From the NCBI RefSeq assembly GCF_018350175.1, contig NC_058369.1:10914001-10978000 (forward strand): 64,000 bases of DNA. The letters are read 5' to 3'. Under the pieces are notes generated by a model. That model was not told the DNA's origin and did no database searches. It was given only the letters and a program-made list of their open reading frames with translations. This DNA comes from Felis catus. Lineage: Eukaryota. Shown one piece after another: positions 24,212 to 37,291 of the stretch (positions are counted from its first letter, which is position 1; every line of letters begins with the position of its first letter). Made by a program: the position numbers and the translations under genes.

Positions 24212-25156
24212 ATGGGACTCAGCAATGATACACACATTTCATTTTTTTCTTTGGGGATTTTCAGAGGAACCAGAACTGCAGCCCCTCATATTTGGGCTTT
24301 TCCTCTCCATGTACCTGATCACTGTGTTTGGCAACCTGCTCATCCTCCTGGCCGTCAGCTCTGACTCCCACCTCCACACCCCCATGTACTTCTTCCTGGC
24401 CAACCTGTCCTTTGTAGACATCTGCTTCACCTCCACCACCATCCCGAAGATGCTCTGGAACATCCAGACCCAGAGTAACGTCATAACCTATGAGGACTTC
24501 ATCACCCAGATGTATTTTTTCCTACTCTTCACGGGACTGGACAACTACATCCTGACCGTGATGGCCTATGACCGATTTTTGGCCATCTGTCACCCCCTCT
24601 GCACTACACGGGCATCATGAACCCCCGGCTCTGTGGGCTGCTGGCTCTGGTGTCCTGGATCATGAGTGTCCTGCATTCCTTATCACCAAGTTTAATGGTG
24701 CTGCAGCTGTACTTCTGCACACACTCACTTTTTCTGTCATTTAATCAGATGATCCAACCTGCCTGCTCTGACACCTTTCTTAATGACACAGTGATGTATT
24801 TTTTAACCGTGTTGGTGGCTGGTGGTTCCCTTGCTGGGATCCTTTACTCTTATTCTAAGATTATTTCCTCCATACATAGAATCCCATCAGCTCAGGGTAA
24901 GTATAAAGCATTTTCCACCTGTGCGTCTCACCTCTTGGTTGTCTCCTTACTTTATTGTGCGGTCCTCGGAGTATACTTTAGCTCTGCTGCTACCCAGAGT
25001 TCACGCTCAAGTGCAACAGCCTCAGTGATCATGCCTATGCTGAACCCTGTCATCTACAGCATGAGGAACAAAGACATAAAGGAGGCTCTGATGAGATCCT
25101 TCGGGACGGCAGGTGTAAAAGGGACCATTGTCCTGCTAGTGAAGAAGTGCCCTTGA
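24212..25156 (+). pseudogene. OR7A-like olfactory receptor pseudogene
   Basis: OR motifs split over frames; 2-nt deletion near 24241, 2-nt insertion near 24598, deletion destroying the IPHFFCE motif (~24725-24740), in-frame deletion in TM7 (~25027); ends KKCP-stop like human OR7A5. Confidence 0.95.
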
Positions 25157-25397
25157 TTGCAGGGCTCAAAGCCACGATTCTTTGAACATCGTGAAATAGA
25201 ATTTGCTGTTATGTATTTCCTGAAATTTCCATTTCTTAGACATCAGCTTCTCTATACAATTTCAGAAAACTCAGTTTACTAAGCTTTCTGCTCTGTCCGA
25301 TATATACACAAGTTTTTCCCTTTGTCCATTTTCATGTGTTCCCACAATTCTTTCTGGCCTTGGGTCAGACATATTTGAAAATTTCCACATCTTTTTG

Positions 25398-25600
25398 TGG
25401 CACCTGGGTGGCTCAGTCAGTTGAGTGTCCAATTTCAGCTCAAGTCATGGTCTTATGGTTCACGAGTTTGAGCCCTTCAGCAGGCTCACTGCTGTCAGCA
25501 CAGAGACCACTTCAGATCCTCTGTTCCACTCTCTCTCTGTATCTCCCCCTCACCTGCTCTCTCTCTCAAAAAAATATAACTAAACCTTAAAAAAAGAAAA
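25398..25600 (+). mobile_element. Can-SINE
   Basis: SINE body flanked by GAAAATTTCCA(C/T)ATCTTTT duplication. Confidence 0.88.
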
Positions 25601-26440
25601 TTTCCATATCTTTTATAGGACAGCTTTAATGATGTCTTAGAAATGTTTCTTCTCAAATGATATATATCCATGTATATATGACATATATCATACATATATA
25701 ACAATTTCTTTTTTAATTTAATTTTAATTTGTTTTAATTCCAGTATCATTAACCTACAGTGTTACATTAGTAACACTTTATTTATTCATTCATCCACTTG
25801 AACATGTAGGTTGTTTCCATGTCTTGGCTATTGTAAATCATGTTGCAATGAAATGGGGGTGTGTATATCTTTTCGAATCTGTGTTTCTGTTTTCTTCAGA
25901 TAAATTCTCAGAAGTTTCATTGCTCAATCATATGGTAGTTCAATTTTTAATTTTTCAAGGAACCTTCACACAGGTTCCCACAGTGATTGAACCAGTTTAC
26001 ATTCCCACCAATAGTACATATACCTTAATGTATATGCTGTATATGCGAGGGTTCCCTTTTCACCACATCCTCACCAACACATGTTGTTTTTGTCTTTTTG
26101 AAAGTAACCATTTTAATAGGCATGAAGAGATATCTCATTGCAGTGTTAATTTGCATTTCTCTGGGGGTTAGTGATGGCAAACATTTTTTCATGTATCTGT
26201 TAGCCATCTGTATGTCTTTGGTGGAAAAATGCTTATTCAGATCCTCTGCCCATGTATTAATCATACTGCTTGCTTTTCTTTTTATTTTTTTTCATTTCAT
26301 TATTTTTCATTCATGAAAGCTGATTTGACATACATTCGCATAGAACCTTTTCTCTCATGTCTACAGCTCAACACACTGCTGAATCCAAAGGAGCTGGTGC
26401 CATTACTGTATGGAGTATATTGTATTAGTGTTTCAATCGT

Positions 26441-26670
26441 TTATTCCGACCCATTTCTTCTTTTATACTCTAAAACATCTTCATTACGCTATTTGATCAG
26501 ATAGATCCACAAGAAGCTGGAGGTGCCCAAGGTCAGTCCAACTTTCATCCAGTCAGGTCTGTCACGTGGCAGCTCCTGAATGTAGGACCTTGATGGCACT
26601 GAAGACCAGTTGGGAGTCTGGCCAGATCCAGAAGCTTCGAGAAGGGGTGCAACAATGAAGTCAGAGCCAT
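26441..26670 (-). pseudogene. NDUFC1: Processed pseudogene of NADH:ubiquinone oxidoreductase subunit C1
   Basis: Reverse complement translates, with one 1-nt frameshift, to [74 protein letters not shown], matching NDUFC1 as recalled ([35 protein letters not shown]); intronless, with 3' UTR and degraded poly(A) to ~26274. Confidence 0.92.
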
Positions 26671-27171
26671 CTCCCTGGGCTGGGGTCCTTTTCTGTCTTT
26701 GCTATTGAGTTTTTTATATACTTTGGGATATTTACCTCTTATGATATGTATGATTTGCAAATATTCTCTGCCACTCGAGAGGTTGCCTTTTCATTTTGTT
26801 GATGGTTTCCTTGCCATGAAGAAGATTTACTTTGATGTAGACCCTGCTTATTCTTGCTTTTGTCCCCTTGTTTTTGATGTCAGATCCCAAAATCATTGCC
26901 AAAATCAAATTTTTTTTTCCCCAGGAGTTTTATGGCTTCAGGTCTTATGTTCAAGTCTTTAATCCACTTTGAGTTATTTTTGCCTGTGGTGTAAGACAGT
27001 GGTCCAGTTTTATTCTTTGGCGTGTGGCTCTCCAGTTTACCCAACACCATTTGCTGAAGAGACTGTTCTTACCTTACAGTATGTGTTTGCCTCCTTTGTC
27101 ATAAACTAATTAACCATATATACAGTGGATTTGTTCCTGGGCTGTCGATTCTGTTGCATTGATCTGTGTGG

Positions 27172-27394
27172 GTTTTTTTTAATTTTTTTTTTCAACGTTT
27201 ATTTATTTTTGGGACAGAGAGAGACAGAGCATGAACGGGGGAGGGGCAGAGAGAGAGGGAGACACAGAATCGGAAACAGGCTCCACGCTCCGAGCCATCA
27301 GCCCAGAGCCTGACGCGGGGCTCGAACTCACGGACCGCGGGATCGTGACCTGGCTGACGTCGGACGCTTAACCGACTGCGCCACCCAGGCACCC
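27172..27394 (-). mobile_element. Young feline Can-SINE (SINEC_Fc type)
   Basis: CpG-rich, near-identical to copies at 14511, 36631, 39903 and 40745; GATCTGTGTG duplication. Confidence 0.93.
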
Positions 27395-27984
27395 CGATCT
27401 GTGTGTTTTTTATGCCAATAACATGCTGTGTTGGTTACCATAGCTTTGTAACATAGTTTGATGCCTCCAGCTTTTCTCCTCTTTCTCAAGATTGCTTGGC
27501 TATTCGGTTCTTTTGTGGTTCCAGACATATCGTAGAAGTGCTTGTTCTATTGCCATTAAAAAAAAAAGTGCCATTGGAATTTTGACAGGGAGTGCTCTGA
27601 ATCCACTGATTGCTTTGGGTATATGGACGTTTCAACAGTATTCATTCTTCCAGTCAATGAGCATGGCCTATTTTTTCATTTGTTTGTGACTTCTTCATTT
27701 CTTTCAGCAATTGTCTTATAGTTTTCAGGATACAAGTGTTTCACTGCCTTGATTAACTTTGTTCTCAGATATTTTATTCTTGTTTATGCAGTTGTAAATG
27801 AGATTGTTTTCTTCATTTTTCTTTCTGATAGTCTGTGATTAGTGTGCAGAAATGCAGCCAATTTTTGTATATTGACTTTATAGCCTGCTGAATTCCTTTT
27901 TCAGTTATAAGGGATTTTTTTCTTTTAAATAATCCATTGAAGTACATGGCACACAATAAGCTAAACATATTTAAAATGCCACAT

Positions 27985-28160
27985 AGTTACGTGACTGACT
28001 CTTGATTTCGGCTCACATCATGATCTCACAGTTGTGGGGTCAAGCCCCACACTGAGCTCTACACTGACAGCATGGAACATGCTTCAGATCCTCTCTATTT
28101 CTCTCTCTTTGCCCTTCCCCTGCTCTTGCACTTAATTAATTAATTAATTAATTTAAAAAA
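27985..28160 (+). mobile_element. Can-SINE with (TTAA)n tail
   Basis: GACTCTTGATTTCGGCTCA.ATCATGATCTCACAGTT body. Confidence 0.8.
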
Positions 28161-28679
28161 ATAGTAAAATGCAAAATATGCTGAATTAAAGGAATCATAC
28201 AAAAACCGAGTTCATACTGCCTAAATCCATTTAAACGTAATTCAAGAAAGTGCACAAAAGCTTTAAAGCTTTGTTACATCATCGTAAACATTGTGATCCA
28301 CCCGAAACCTCTGTTTCCTTAGTTCTGATGGTGATGTGGGTTAATACGTCTAATTCAGGCAGATGTGTTTAGGAATAAGTACAGTGTTTGGAAATACTGG
28401 GTGAGTCCAAGAAGTCTTTCGTAAGTAGGGAGTGTATGTACGTGCACATATCCACGCATTTGTATATTATTTCATACAAATACGCTCTTATCGATGTATG
28501 TATGACACAGACACGAGAATCACATCTTTGATGTTGAAAGGATATTTGGAGAGGATAGAAATCAAACCAATGAATGTTGGAATTAATATGGAGTTTTAAA
28601 AGTGTAGGAATTTAGACTCAAATACTTAAAGTATAATGGGTGAACTTAATTTTCATAACAAATGACGTTTTTGCTCTTC

Positions 28680-29155
28680 CAATGTTTGTTTATTTACTTT
28701 GAGACACAGAGAGAGGGAGAGAAAGAGAAGGTGGATGGGGAATGGGGAGAGAGAGAGGGAGAGAGAATCCCAAGCAGGCTTCACACTGTCAGACCAGAGC
28801 CCGATGTAGGGCTGATCCCACAACCATGAGATCGTGATATTAGCCAAAATCAAGAAGCAGTTGCTTAACCGACTGAGGTACTGAAGCACCCCAGATTACT
28901 CTTTTTATATCAATGCATAAAGGCCTCAAAACCAGAACTTATGTTTAAATCTAAAGTCACAGAGTGCCTAGTTGGCTCAGTTGGTACAGCATGCAAATTT
29001 TGGGGGGGAAAGATATTATTTTTAAGTAATCTCTGCACCCAACATTGGGCTTAAACCCACAAACCTGAGATCAAGATTCCCACCCTCCATGGACCTAGCA
29101 AACCAAGAGCTGCACGCATGTGACACTTGATCTCAGGGTCATGAGTTCAATCCCT
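28680..29155. mobile_element. Cluster of degraded and nested Can-SINEs
   Basis: Antisense SINE 28680-28893; sense SINE head at ~28963 interrupted by a short antisense SINE. Confidence 0.75.
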
Positions 29156-29176
29156 ATGTTAGGCATATTATATAAA

Positions 29177-29191
29177 ATAGATAGATAGATA

Positions 29192-29228
<37 letters not shown>
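29177..29228. repeat. (GATA)n microsatellite
   Basis: Direct inspection. Confidence 0.95.
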
Positions 29229-30114
29229 GTCACATTTATATTTTATCAATGGGGAGTTCACTTTTTCCATTCTTTTTAAGAAATGGAGCAGAAGCTCCAA
29301 AATGACTTTATTTTTTTTCTTCCAGTTGAGGTTGGATTTCAACACGGAATGCCCTTACCAAGAGAAGAGAAATGAATTAACTGAGAGACTAAAATGCCTT
29401 TTCCTCCAAAACCATTTTATTGGATGAATTTCTATATTACATTGCTATTTCTGATTAACAGATTACCACACTAGAAGCTCAAAAGAAACACATTTATGCT
29501 ATTACTATTCAGAGGTCAGAAGCCTGAAGAGTCTCCATAGGCTAAAATCAAGATGTCTGCAGGGCCTGGTTCTTTCATGGATGCTCCAGGAGAGACCGTC
29601 TTCTTTCCTATTGTGGTTTCTAGGGACAACAAGCATCCTTTGGCTCATTGCCCTTTCTGCATCTTGAAAGCCAGCAATGTGGTGTCCTCACATCTCTCTC
29701 TGATCCAACTACTCTGCCTTCCTCTCCTACATTTGGAGGACCATGGTGATTACATTAATGCCACCTGCACAATCTTGGCCAACCTTAGTTTAAGGTCAGC
29801 TCATTACCAGCCTTGTTCCACTTGCTACTTTAATCTCCCCCCCTTAATATAAAAATAAACACATTGAAAGTTTCTAGGGTTTAGAACGTGGATGACATCA
29901 GAAGGCTCTTATTCTGCCTACTGGAAAGCCCTTTACCAACAGTATTTTATTTCATGTCACTCAAAGGCCCTTATGTAAAAGAAACAAACACAGAATTTAT
30001 CACAGCCCCTAGAGTGACTGGATACGCTTGGCATTCCAAAATTTATGCAAACACAATTTATTTTGTGAAGAAGACCTACGACCACCTGCACCTTGCTCTA
30101 TCCCAGGACCACAA

Positions 30115-30460
30115 CCTTGCTACTCAAAAAGTGGTCCACGGACCAGGACCTACAGTATCAACATCATTCAGGGGCTCGTTAGACACACCAAACTCCTGGC
30201 CCACCAGCACGTGCAATGTCATAATTTGCATTTAAACTAGAATTCTAGGTGATTCGTATGCACCTTGAAGTTGAAGATGTGCTGGGGTAGAGTAGGTTTT
30301 CTCACATTTTCAATTTGGCCTTTGAGGCAGGATGATTATTTGTGTTGGGAGCTGTCCTGCTCACCACAGGTGTTTAGCAGCATCCCTCAGACATTGTCAA
30401 ATACCCCCAGGGGGAAAGACTCATCTCTGGGAGGGAACCACGGGCACAGAGTTCGAAAAC
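30115..30460. mobile_element. MER5A-like and MER3/MER20-like hAT-Charlie remnants
   Basis: GCTACTCAAAAAGTGGTCC...TTTGCATTTAAAC...AGGTGATTCGTATGCAC motif followed by CAGCATCCCTCAGACATTGTCAAAT. Confidence 0.6.
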
Positions 30461-31049
30461 TGGGAACATCTTGACAGGATCCAATGAACACCCATCTATT
30501 TCCACAATGATAACTTTGAGAAGATCACTAACTTCTTCAAGCCCCATTTCTCCATGGGGAACGGAGCTCACACTGGTACTTTCTTACAGAATATACTTTT
30601 ATAAAAATCAGGCTATTCCTAGAGCAGCTGAACTCAGGTTATAGTGCATAAAAAGATGTAAATATATCTCTGACAATTAACATTTTATAATGGCATTTTA
30701 AGTAATGCCTCTAAACTTGTGATGTAAATATGAAATCCCTAATTGTTTTGGCAAAACTATCATGAAGCCCACGAGTGTAGCGCCCCAGGTTTTATATCAA
30801 AGGAGCAAACCTCACATCTTTGTTGAAAAAGAGAAAAGTTACTTTCCAAAGATATGAGGGGCTATGTCTTTAACCCAAGTCAATGCTTTGAAGAGTCCAA
30901 GGGACCTAGTCAAAACTGATTTCTCAGTCTTAAACAGGAGAAAACGTTCATTCAGGATTGGGATAACGTGCTGGGAGTTTAGATTTCTGAAAGACAGAAG
31001 TAATAGAAAAAGAGTAAGAAAAACGGACTTCAGCTGCCTTATCACCTGG

Positions 31050-31420
31050 TCTCCTAGCAACAGAAATTCAACAGGGAAAATTTCCTTTCTGTCCACCCTG
31101 GTGTCCCATAGGGCAATCACGTGCCTAAAGGTGGAAGAGACAAGAGGGAAATGTGCCTAATGAGCAGAATTAAGAGGCTGCAAATACCTCCTCTGTTGCA
31201 GCCCCACAGTGTGTACAACCTCGGGCTGGACAAGACATGGTCGTTTCTTTTGCAGTCCTAAGTCTGGATGGGACACTAGTTTGACCCATCCCGGCTGTCG
31301 TGTCTGGGACAGAGCTTCATCCTCCACCATCTACCAACGAGATGGGTATTTTGATTTGCATGTAGAGACCTTCCTCCCAGAGACCCCATCTAGATGAGTT
31401 TTACATCGCAGTAAGTACTA
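31050..31420 (+). promoter_or_regulatory. Promoter and first-exon module of the OR at 37292
   Basis: TAATGAG 31158-31164; upstream 30878-30980 matches the reverse complement of 2480-2590; homologous donor position reads TAG|ATGAGT (31391-31399); GTAAGT at 31411-31416. Confidence 0.65.
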
Positions 31421-31933
31421 CCAGAGAAGGTCAAGAGAATGAAAGTCAAGAACATTTACCTGAGGTCACCTGAGAGTCAATCTAGCCTAGCCAGAGCTGA
31501 GAGTTTGCTGTAGTTGTTTGCTGGCTTGATTAGTAAGTTGATTGATTGATTGATTGATTGATTAATGTATTTATGATGCTATAAATAGAAGTAAATATTG
31601 AAGTCAGAAATGCAAGGTTCAACGTTAACAACTAAGTGATAATAATGGAAACTCGTTTAGAGAGGGGATGGGAAGCACAAAAGTAGAACCTGAGACCGAG
31701 GATCTTTGCAATTAACCAGAGTAGAAAAGTCTAGTACTGGCTGTTGAGGGATGTGCATTGAAGTGAGGACATGTCTTTTCATTTTTAAGATGGGACATAC
31801 TACACTACAATTCCATACTGATGAGAAAAACCCGGATGAAGGAATGCTTGCAAGTGCATCCTTGCAAGAGCAGTACTTGAAACATACATTTCACAGCACA
31901 TTCACTCCTTGAGTATTCAAATGAAATTTTTTA

Positions 31934-32140
31934 GGGGCACCCGGCTGAATCAGCCAGTTGAGGGTCCGAATCTTGATTTCAGCTCCATTCATATCAGGGG
32001 TCATGAGATTGAGCCCAACTTTGGGCTCTGCTCTGACAGCACGGGGCCTGCTGCGGATTCTCTCATTCTCTGTCTGCCCCGCTCCCGCTCATGCTCTCTC
32101 TCTGTCAAAATAAATAAATAAACATTAAAAAAATAAAAAT
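31934..32140 (+). mobile_element. Can-SINE
   Basis: GGGGCACC head, (CT)n, AAAATAAATAAATAAAC tail. Confidence 0.85.
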
Positions 32141-32764
32141 TTTAAGTGTACTATGTGAAACGGGGTATGCTAATGAGCTCCCTTCACAATCAGCTCACAA
32201 CCTGTGAGTCTGAATGTATTCTGGGTTAGTTAGCCACCCACTTTCTCTATTGAAAGTTGTCTGTAGGAGTCCTTGGTGTTTGCATAGTGGGGTTGGAATG
32301 GTCTTATTTATGGTTTTTTTTACTCCTTTTTTTTCCAGAAAAAGAATTGGCATTTATTTCGTGAACTACTTGCCATTTTGTTTATTTTTTAATGCACGTA
32401 TAGATGTATTTGTGCAGAATGTATGAGAGTGTGTAAATTTTGTGTGGTAGTCTATGACGTAGTCATACTCCCTCCACAGCTTTTTCTATTTTTATTTATT
32501 TATATTTTCCTGAAAGAATTGATCTGTCACCTTAATATTCTTCCTTCGTGAAGACCCTACTGTCCACAAAATTAAATTCAATGTCCTTCTGCTACTTAGG
32601 GCTCATAAATCACCCTTTTCTACATATTTCCAACTAATTTTCACTTCTCTGTATTCCTCGTTTTCCCTTTTGGCCTTTTATTATTGGATCTATTTCTACA
32701 ATCAGAATTCCAACACTTGTAAGGCATTCTTTTTTATGTTTCGCTAAGAATCACCTTTATCTTT

Positions 32765-32995
32765 GGGGTGCCTGGGGGGCTCAGTCGGTTACGCTTCCAA
32801 CTTTGGCCCAGGTTATGATCTCGCGGTTTGTGAGTTCGAGCCCCATGTTGGGCTCTGTGCTGATGGCTCAGAGCCTGGAGCCTGCTTCAGATTGTGTGTC
32901 TCCTTTCCTCTCTGCCCATCCCTGGCTTGTGCTCTGTCTCTCTGTCTCTCAAAAATAAATAAATAAATGTTAAAAAAAATTTAAAAAAAAAAAAG
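32765..32995 (+). mobile_element. Can-SINE
   Basis: Full body and poly(A); AAGAATCA duplication on both sides. Confidence 0.9.
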
Positions 32996-35942
32996 AATCA
33001 ACCGTGATCTTCCATAAGCATAGCTGGTCCATCTATCTTTATGTGACGTGAAATTAAAACCTTAGATATCACTTTCTCTCCACATGAAAAGACTTTTTCA
33101 TATTCTTTTATTCCTGAATCCCTAGCAATCTGAATTAGATTTGGACCCACGAAACTATCATTAAATTATTATTCTTTTAAATCTTTTTATTCACAAGTTG
33201 CTTTGGTTCTTCAATTTTGTTTCATGCGGTGGTTTTTGAACCACTCTGCCTAACCCAAGTGCATTTTCGCTGTTTCTCTTTCTTAAAAGTCTTCATTGCT
33301 TTTAAATGAAATGCACACATACATATTCACACACTTTCAATTCAAATGTATAGAAAGACAGCAATGCATATTGGAAGCACTCTTTATGTTCTGACACCAT
33401 CGTTCTTTCTAGCTTTTCTCTGCCCGTCCTTCTAACTCAGTAGTACCTTACCTATGTCCCTCTAGTCAAGTAGTATAATGCTGATTCATTAGTTCTTTTT
33501 CTTTTAAAGATTTTATTTTTAAGCAATATCTACACCCAATATGGAGCTTGAACTCACAACTTCAAGATCAAGAGTCTCACTCTCTACCTACTGAGCCAGC
33601 CAGGTGCCCCTGATTTATTATTTCAAGGCCGGTATGACTCATCATGGTGTGGCTGTGCCATTTACACCTTTCATAGTCTTTCATATTTTTCTCATTAAAT
33701 TACTATTATATCAATGCTTCAAAATATTTTTAAATACTTAATACTATGTTTCTCACCCAAAAGTGATTTTGTCCCCCAGAGGATATTGAGCAATGTTCAA
33801 AGACATTTTTGGCTGTCACACTGGAGAGGGGTGCATGGAGGCCAGGGATGTTCTAATCCTACAATATATAGGACACACCCCACAGGGAAGGATCTGGCTG
33901 GGAATGTCCATACAGTAGAGACTGAGAAATCCTGAGTTAAAAAATATCTGTATTTTTGTTTAAACATTTTTTTTTCAAAAATCTCTACACCCAACATGGG
34001 ACTTGAACTTCAAACCCCAAGCTCAAGAGTTGTGTGCTCTACCAACTGAGCCAGCCGTGTGCCCCAAGAGGATCTGTATTTTTAATATTTGTAATTGTCT
34101 TCACAGCCTCCGAAGATGTTATAATGCTTCACAATTATGACAGCAAAATTAGAAAGTGCCCCTTTGTTAATTGGTTAAAATTTCTGACCCCACTCAATGT
34201 GACAGCCCTTTGAGTGATTTCTCAGGGAAATGGGTATGAAAGAGATTTCTTGTTGATTTTTTAAACTATTAGTGAGCTCCAGTAAAGATTCATATATTTG
34301 ATCACTATGTTCATTTGTCTGTCATTATTATATGTCCACATATTATATGCTTATTTATCTATAATTATCAGCATTTCAAATACCTGTTGTAAATCACACT
34401 TCTCTATTGATTTTTAGTTAGGTATTTTGGGCCATAAAATAGTTTTAAATTTTATTTATTGAAATGTATTTATCTTCTTGTTTCTGAGTTTTTTTGCCTT
34501 AATTATGATGGTTTGTCCACCTGTAGATTTTTTTTACATGTAGTTTCCTAGATGTGCATCTAAAATGCAGTGGTTACTCTTACACTGAGGGTTTACTCTT
34601 TTGGATTTTTTTGTGAGATGTGTGAAATAAGGAAGCACCACACTTCCTTCCACGTAGAAAGCCATTTGTGCCAGCTTTCACTCAACAGTCCGGTCTTTTA
34701 ACCACATTTAAATTCAGCTTTGTCACGTTAAAAGTGCATATATAATAAGACCTAATTCCTGATTCATTCAACCAATACGAAAAGTGCATCTGCTAGTACC
34801 AGAAATTTCTCAGAACTTTATATGTTATGCTCTTTTATTTCCAGGTCTTGGGGAATTTTATGATTCATCTGGGTTGATTTTGTTGACTTACTGGTCCTGT
34901 AGATCATGTTTCAGGTAGTTCTCAAAACTCCATTCAATTTTGTTTAATACAGTTGTACTGAAACCGCTCTCTTTAACCTGGTTTTATTTCCTCTATCACT
35001 CTTTGTATTTCATAATGCCTCATGTTCTTGACTTTGTTTCCATGTAAGTGCATATACATGCACATACTTTTGTAAAGAAGAAGATGAAGAGAAGTTCCTG
35101 CTCCTTTGGTAATTACATCACAATGACAGACAAGAGTGCAGTGCAAGAAATGTGAGTGTGAAATAATGTCCTCGGATAAGTCACATGCAGATTATTCAGA
35201 GTAAGAGAACAGATTGTCATGGGGTGGGTAGGATTTTATAGAGTCTGGGGATGTCTTCGCATGTTGGACAAGGAACAAAACCATCCCTAGTTGTGGTCAT
35301 CAGACTTGTGAAGAAAGTGATTAAACCCAAAGCATAAGAATAACAAATACACGAAAAAAGATGTCACATAAGAAAAATGCTAAACAGGCTTGCCTCATCC
35401 TGTATTGGGCCATATAAAAACTGATCAGTCAAATGAAGATAGAATAGACACAGGAAAATCAAGTCTTCTTCTCTCTGCATTCTGGGCATAAAAATGCCCA
35501 AACTGTGAGAAGTGTTCTATTCTCTTGTGATGTTCAATATGTAAGATGTTTCACACCATAAAGATAGCATTACTTCTGTCCTTTGGACAAACTTATTTTT
35601 GTCCTTTCATCATTTTTGCTGGAGACAAATGGGATACGACCAGGACTGGGTGCCACCAGCATCATTTTCTCTCTCTCTACTCATCGCACATAATTTTTTA
35701 TGTTTCATTACATACAGGTCAGAAAGTGACCATTCCAAAATGGAGCCCCGGGATTATTTGTCCTTGGGAAGCTATGAATAGGACTTTCGGGGTACGATTT
35801 CTACCTTCTTTCTGGGAAAGGTACTGTGATGTGTTTGCGTTCATATCCTAAACAGTGTGTTGAGGCAGGCAGGGGGACGTGAGAAGGGCAGAGAAGTAAC
35901 ACACACCAGGAGGATATGATGCATTGTGTTGCGTGTATGTGA

Positions 35943-35983
<41 letters not shown>

Positions 35984-36630
35984 GTGAAAGCAGGTCTCCA
36001 AGCAGGGGTACATGGGCTCCTCTATTCCAAGGTGACCCTATAATACACAGACCAGACTCAATCAATAGATAATACTGAGAAGAGATGTTCCACGGACAGG
36101 ACACTACAGTAACCAGATGAATAAAGTGCAAGAGGTACATAGTATGGACGAGGAGCTCCTTGTGTCTTGAACTTAGGCAGCTGTGAGGCAACATGGTTCT
36201 ACAAAATTCACAGCCATTGCCTTTAGTCCTTAACACACTGGCTGCCTTCTGAGCCTTGATTTTCTGGGGGAAAAAAAGCGCTTCCTCAAGGCCTTTGCCT
36301 TAGCCGACGCTCTGGCAGTTTCCAGGCAGTTTTCTCTAGTCTTTCAGGTCTCTGTTCAAATGTCACCTTCTTAGCCAATCTTGACTAAACACCCAACATC
36401 ACACCCCAACCACTCTCTTCCTGTACCTGCTTCATTTTCCTCATGACCTCTATTACCATCCCAAGATTATTTAATTTTTATGTATGCATATATCCTATGC
36501 ACATCGCTGAATATTAGGTAATTTTTCTGTTCAGCACCCTCTACTTTATGACTTGGAAATGCTGAAAACACGATTGACGCTCTATATACTCCTCAAATGC
36601 ATTAAATAATTTCTTATTAAAAATGTACAA

Positions 36631-37065
36631 GGGGGGCGCTTGGGTGGCGCAGTCGGTTAAGCGTCCGACTTCAGCCAGGTCACGATCTCGCGGTCCGTGA
36701 GTTCGAGCCCCGCGTCGGGCTCTGGGCTGATGGCTCAGAGCCTGGAGCCTGTTTCGGATTCTGTGTCCCCCTCTCTCTCTGCCCCTCCCCCGTTCATGCT
36801 CTGTCTCTCTCTGTCCCAAAAATAAATAAACGTTGAAAAAAAAAATGTACAAGGGCGCCTGGGTGGCTCAGTCAGTTAGGCCTCTGACTCTTGATCTCGG
36901 CTCAGATCATGAGCTCGCGGTTTGTGGGTTGGGGCCTCACGTCTGGCTCTGCGCTGACAGCGTGGAGGCTGCTTGGAGTTCGGTCTCTCCTTCTCTCTGC
37001 CCCTTCTTGACATGTGCACATTGTCTCTCTCTCTTAAAAATAAATAAAGTGAAAAAAATCCTTAA
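36631..37065 (+). mobile_element. Two tandem Can-SINEs (young 36631-36845, older 36853-37065)
   Basis: Two complete bodies; AAATGTACAA occurs before, between and after them. Confidence 0.92.
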
Positions 37066-37291
37066 ATGTACAAAACCTAGCCTATTGGAAAACATCTGAC
37101 GTTGGGATGAAAATTCCTAGTAAGAGAGGAAATAGGGATCCCCTCAAAGGACTCAGATCCATTCACAAAATATCAAAATTACTTTCTTGACTGGGGAATA
37201 TAAATTGTAGCATTTGAACCATGTGAGCCAAGCGATTTATGTGAAAATTAGTCATGTTATTTTCCCCTTTGCTGGTAGTCACCTCCACCAC

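Larger units (their letters stand above)
25690..27900 (-). mobile_element. Older L1 (ORF2 3' part and 3' UTR), host of an NDUFC1 retrocopy and a young SINE
   Basis: Minus-strand peptide [24 protein letters not shown]...REMQI. Confidence 0.9.

Noticed and set aside
36541..36852. Recurrent ORFs GQRETEHERGRGRER... (also 27125, 39934, 40783)
   Set aside because: Translations of antisense Can-SINE sequence
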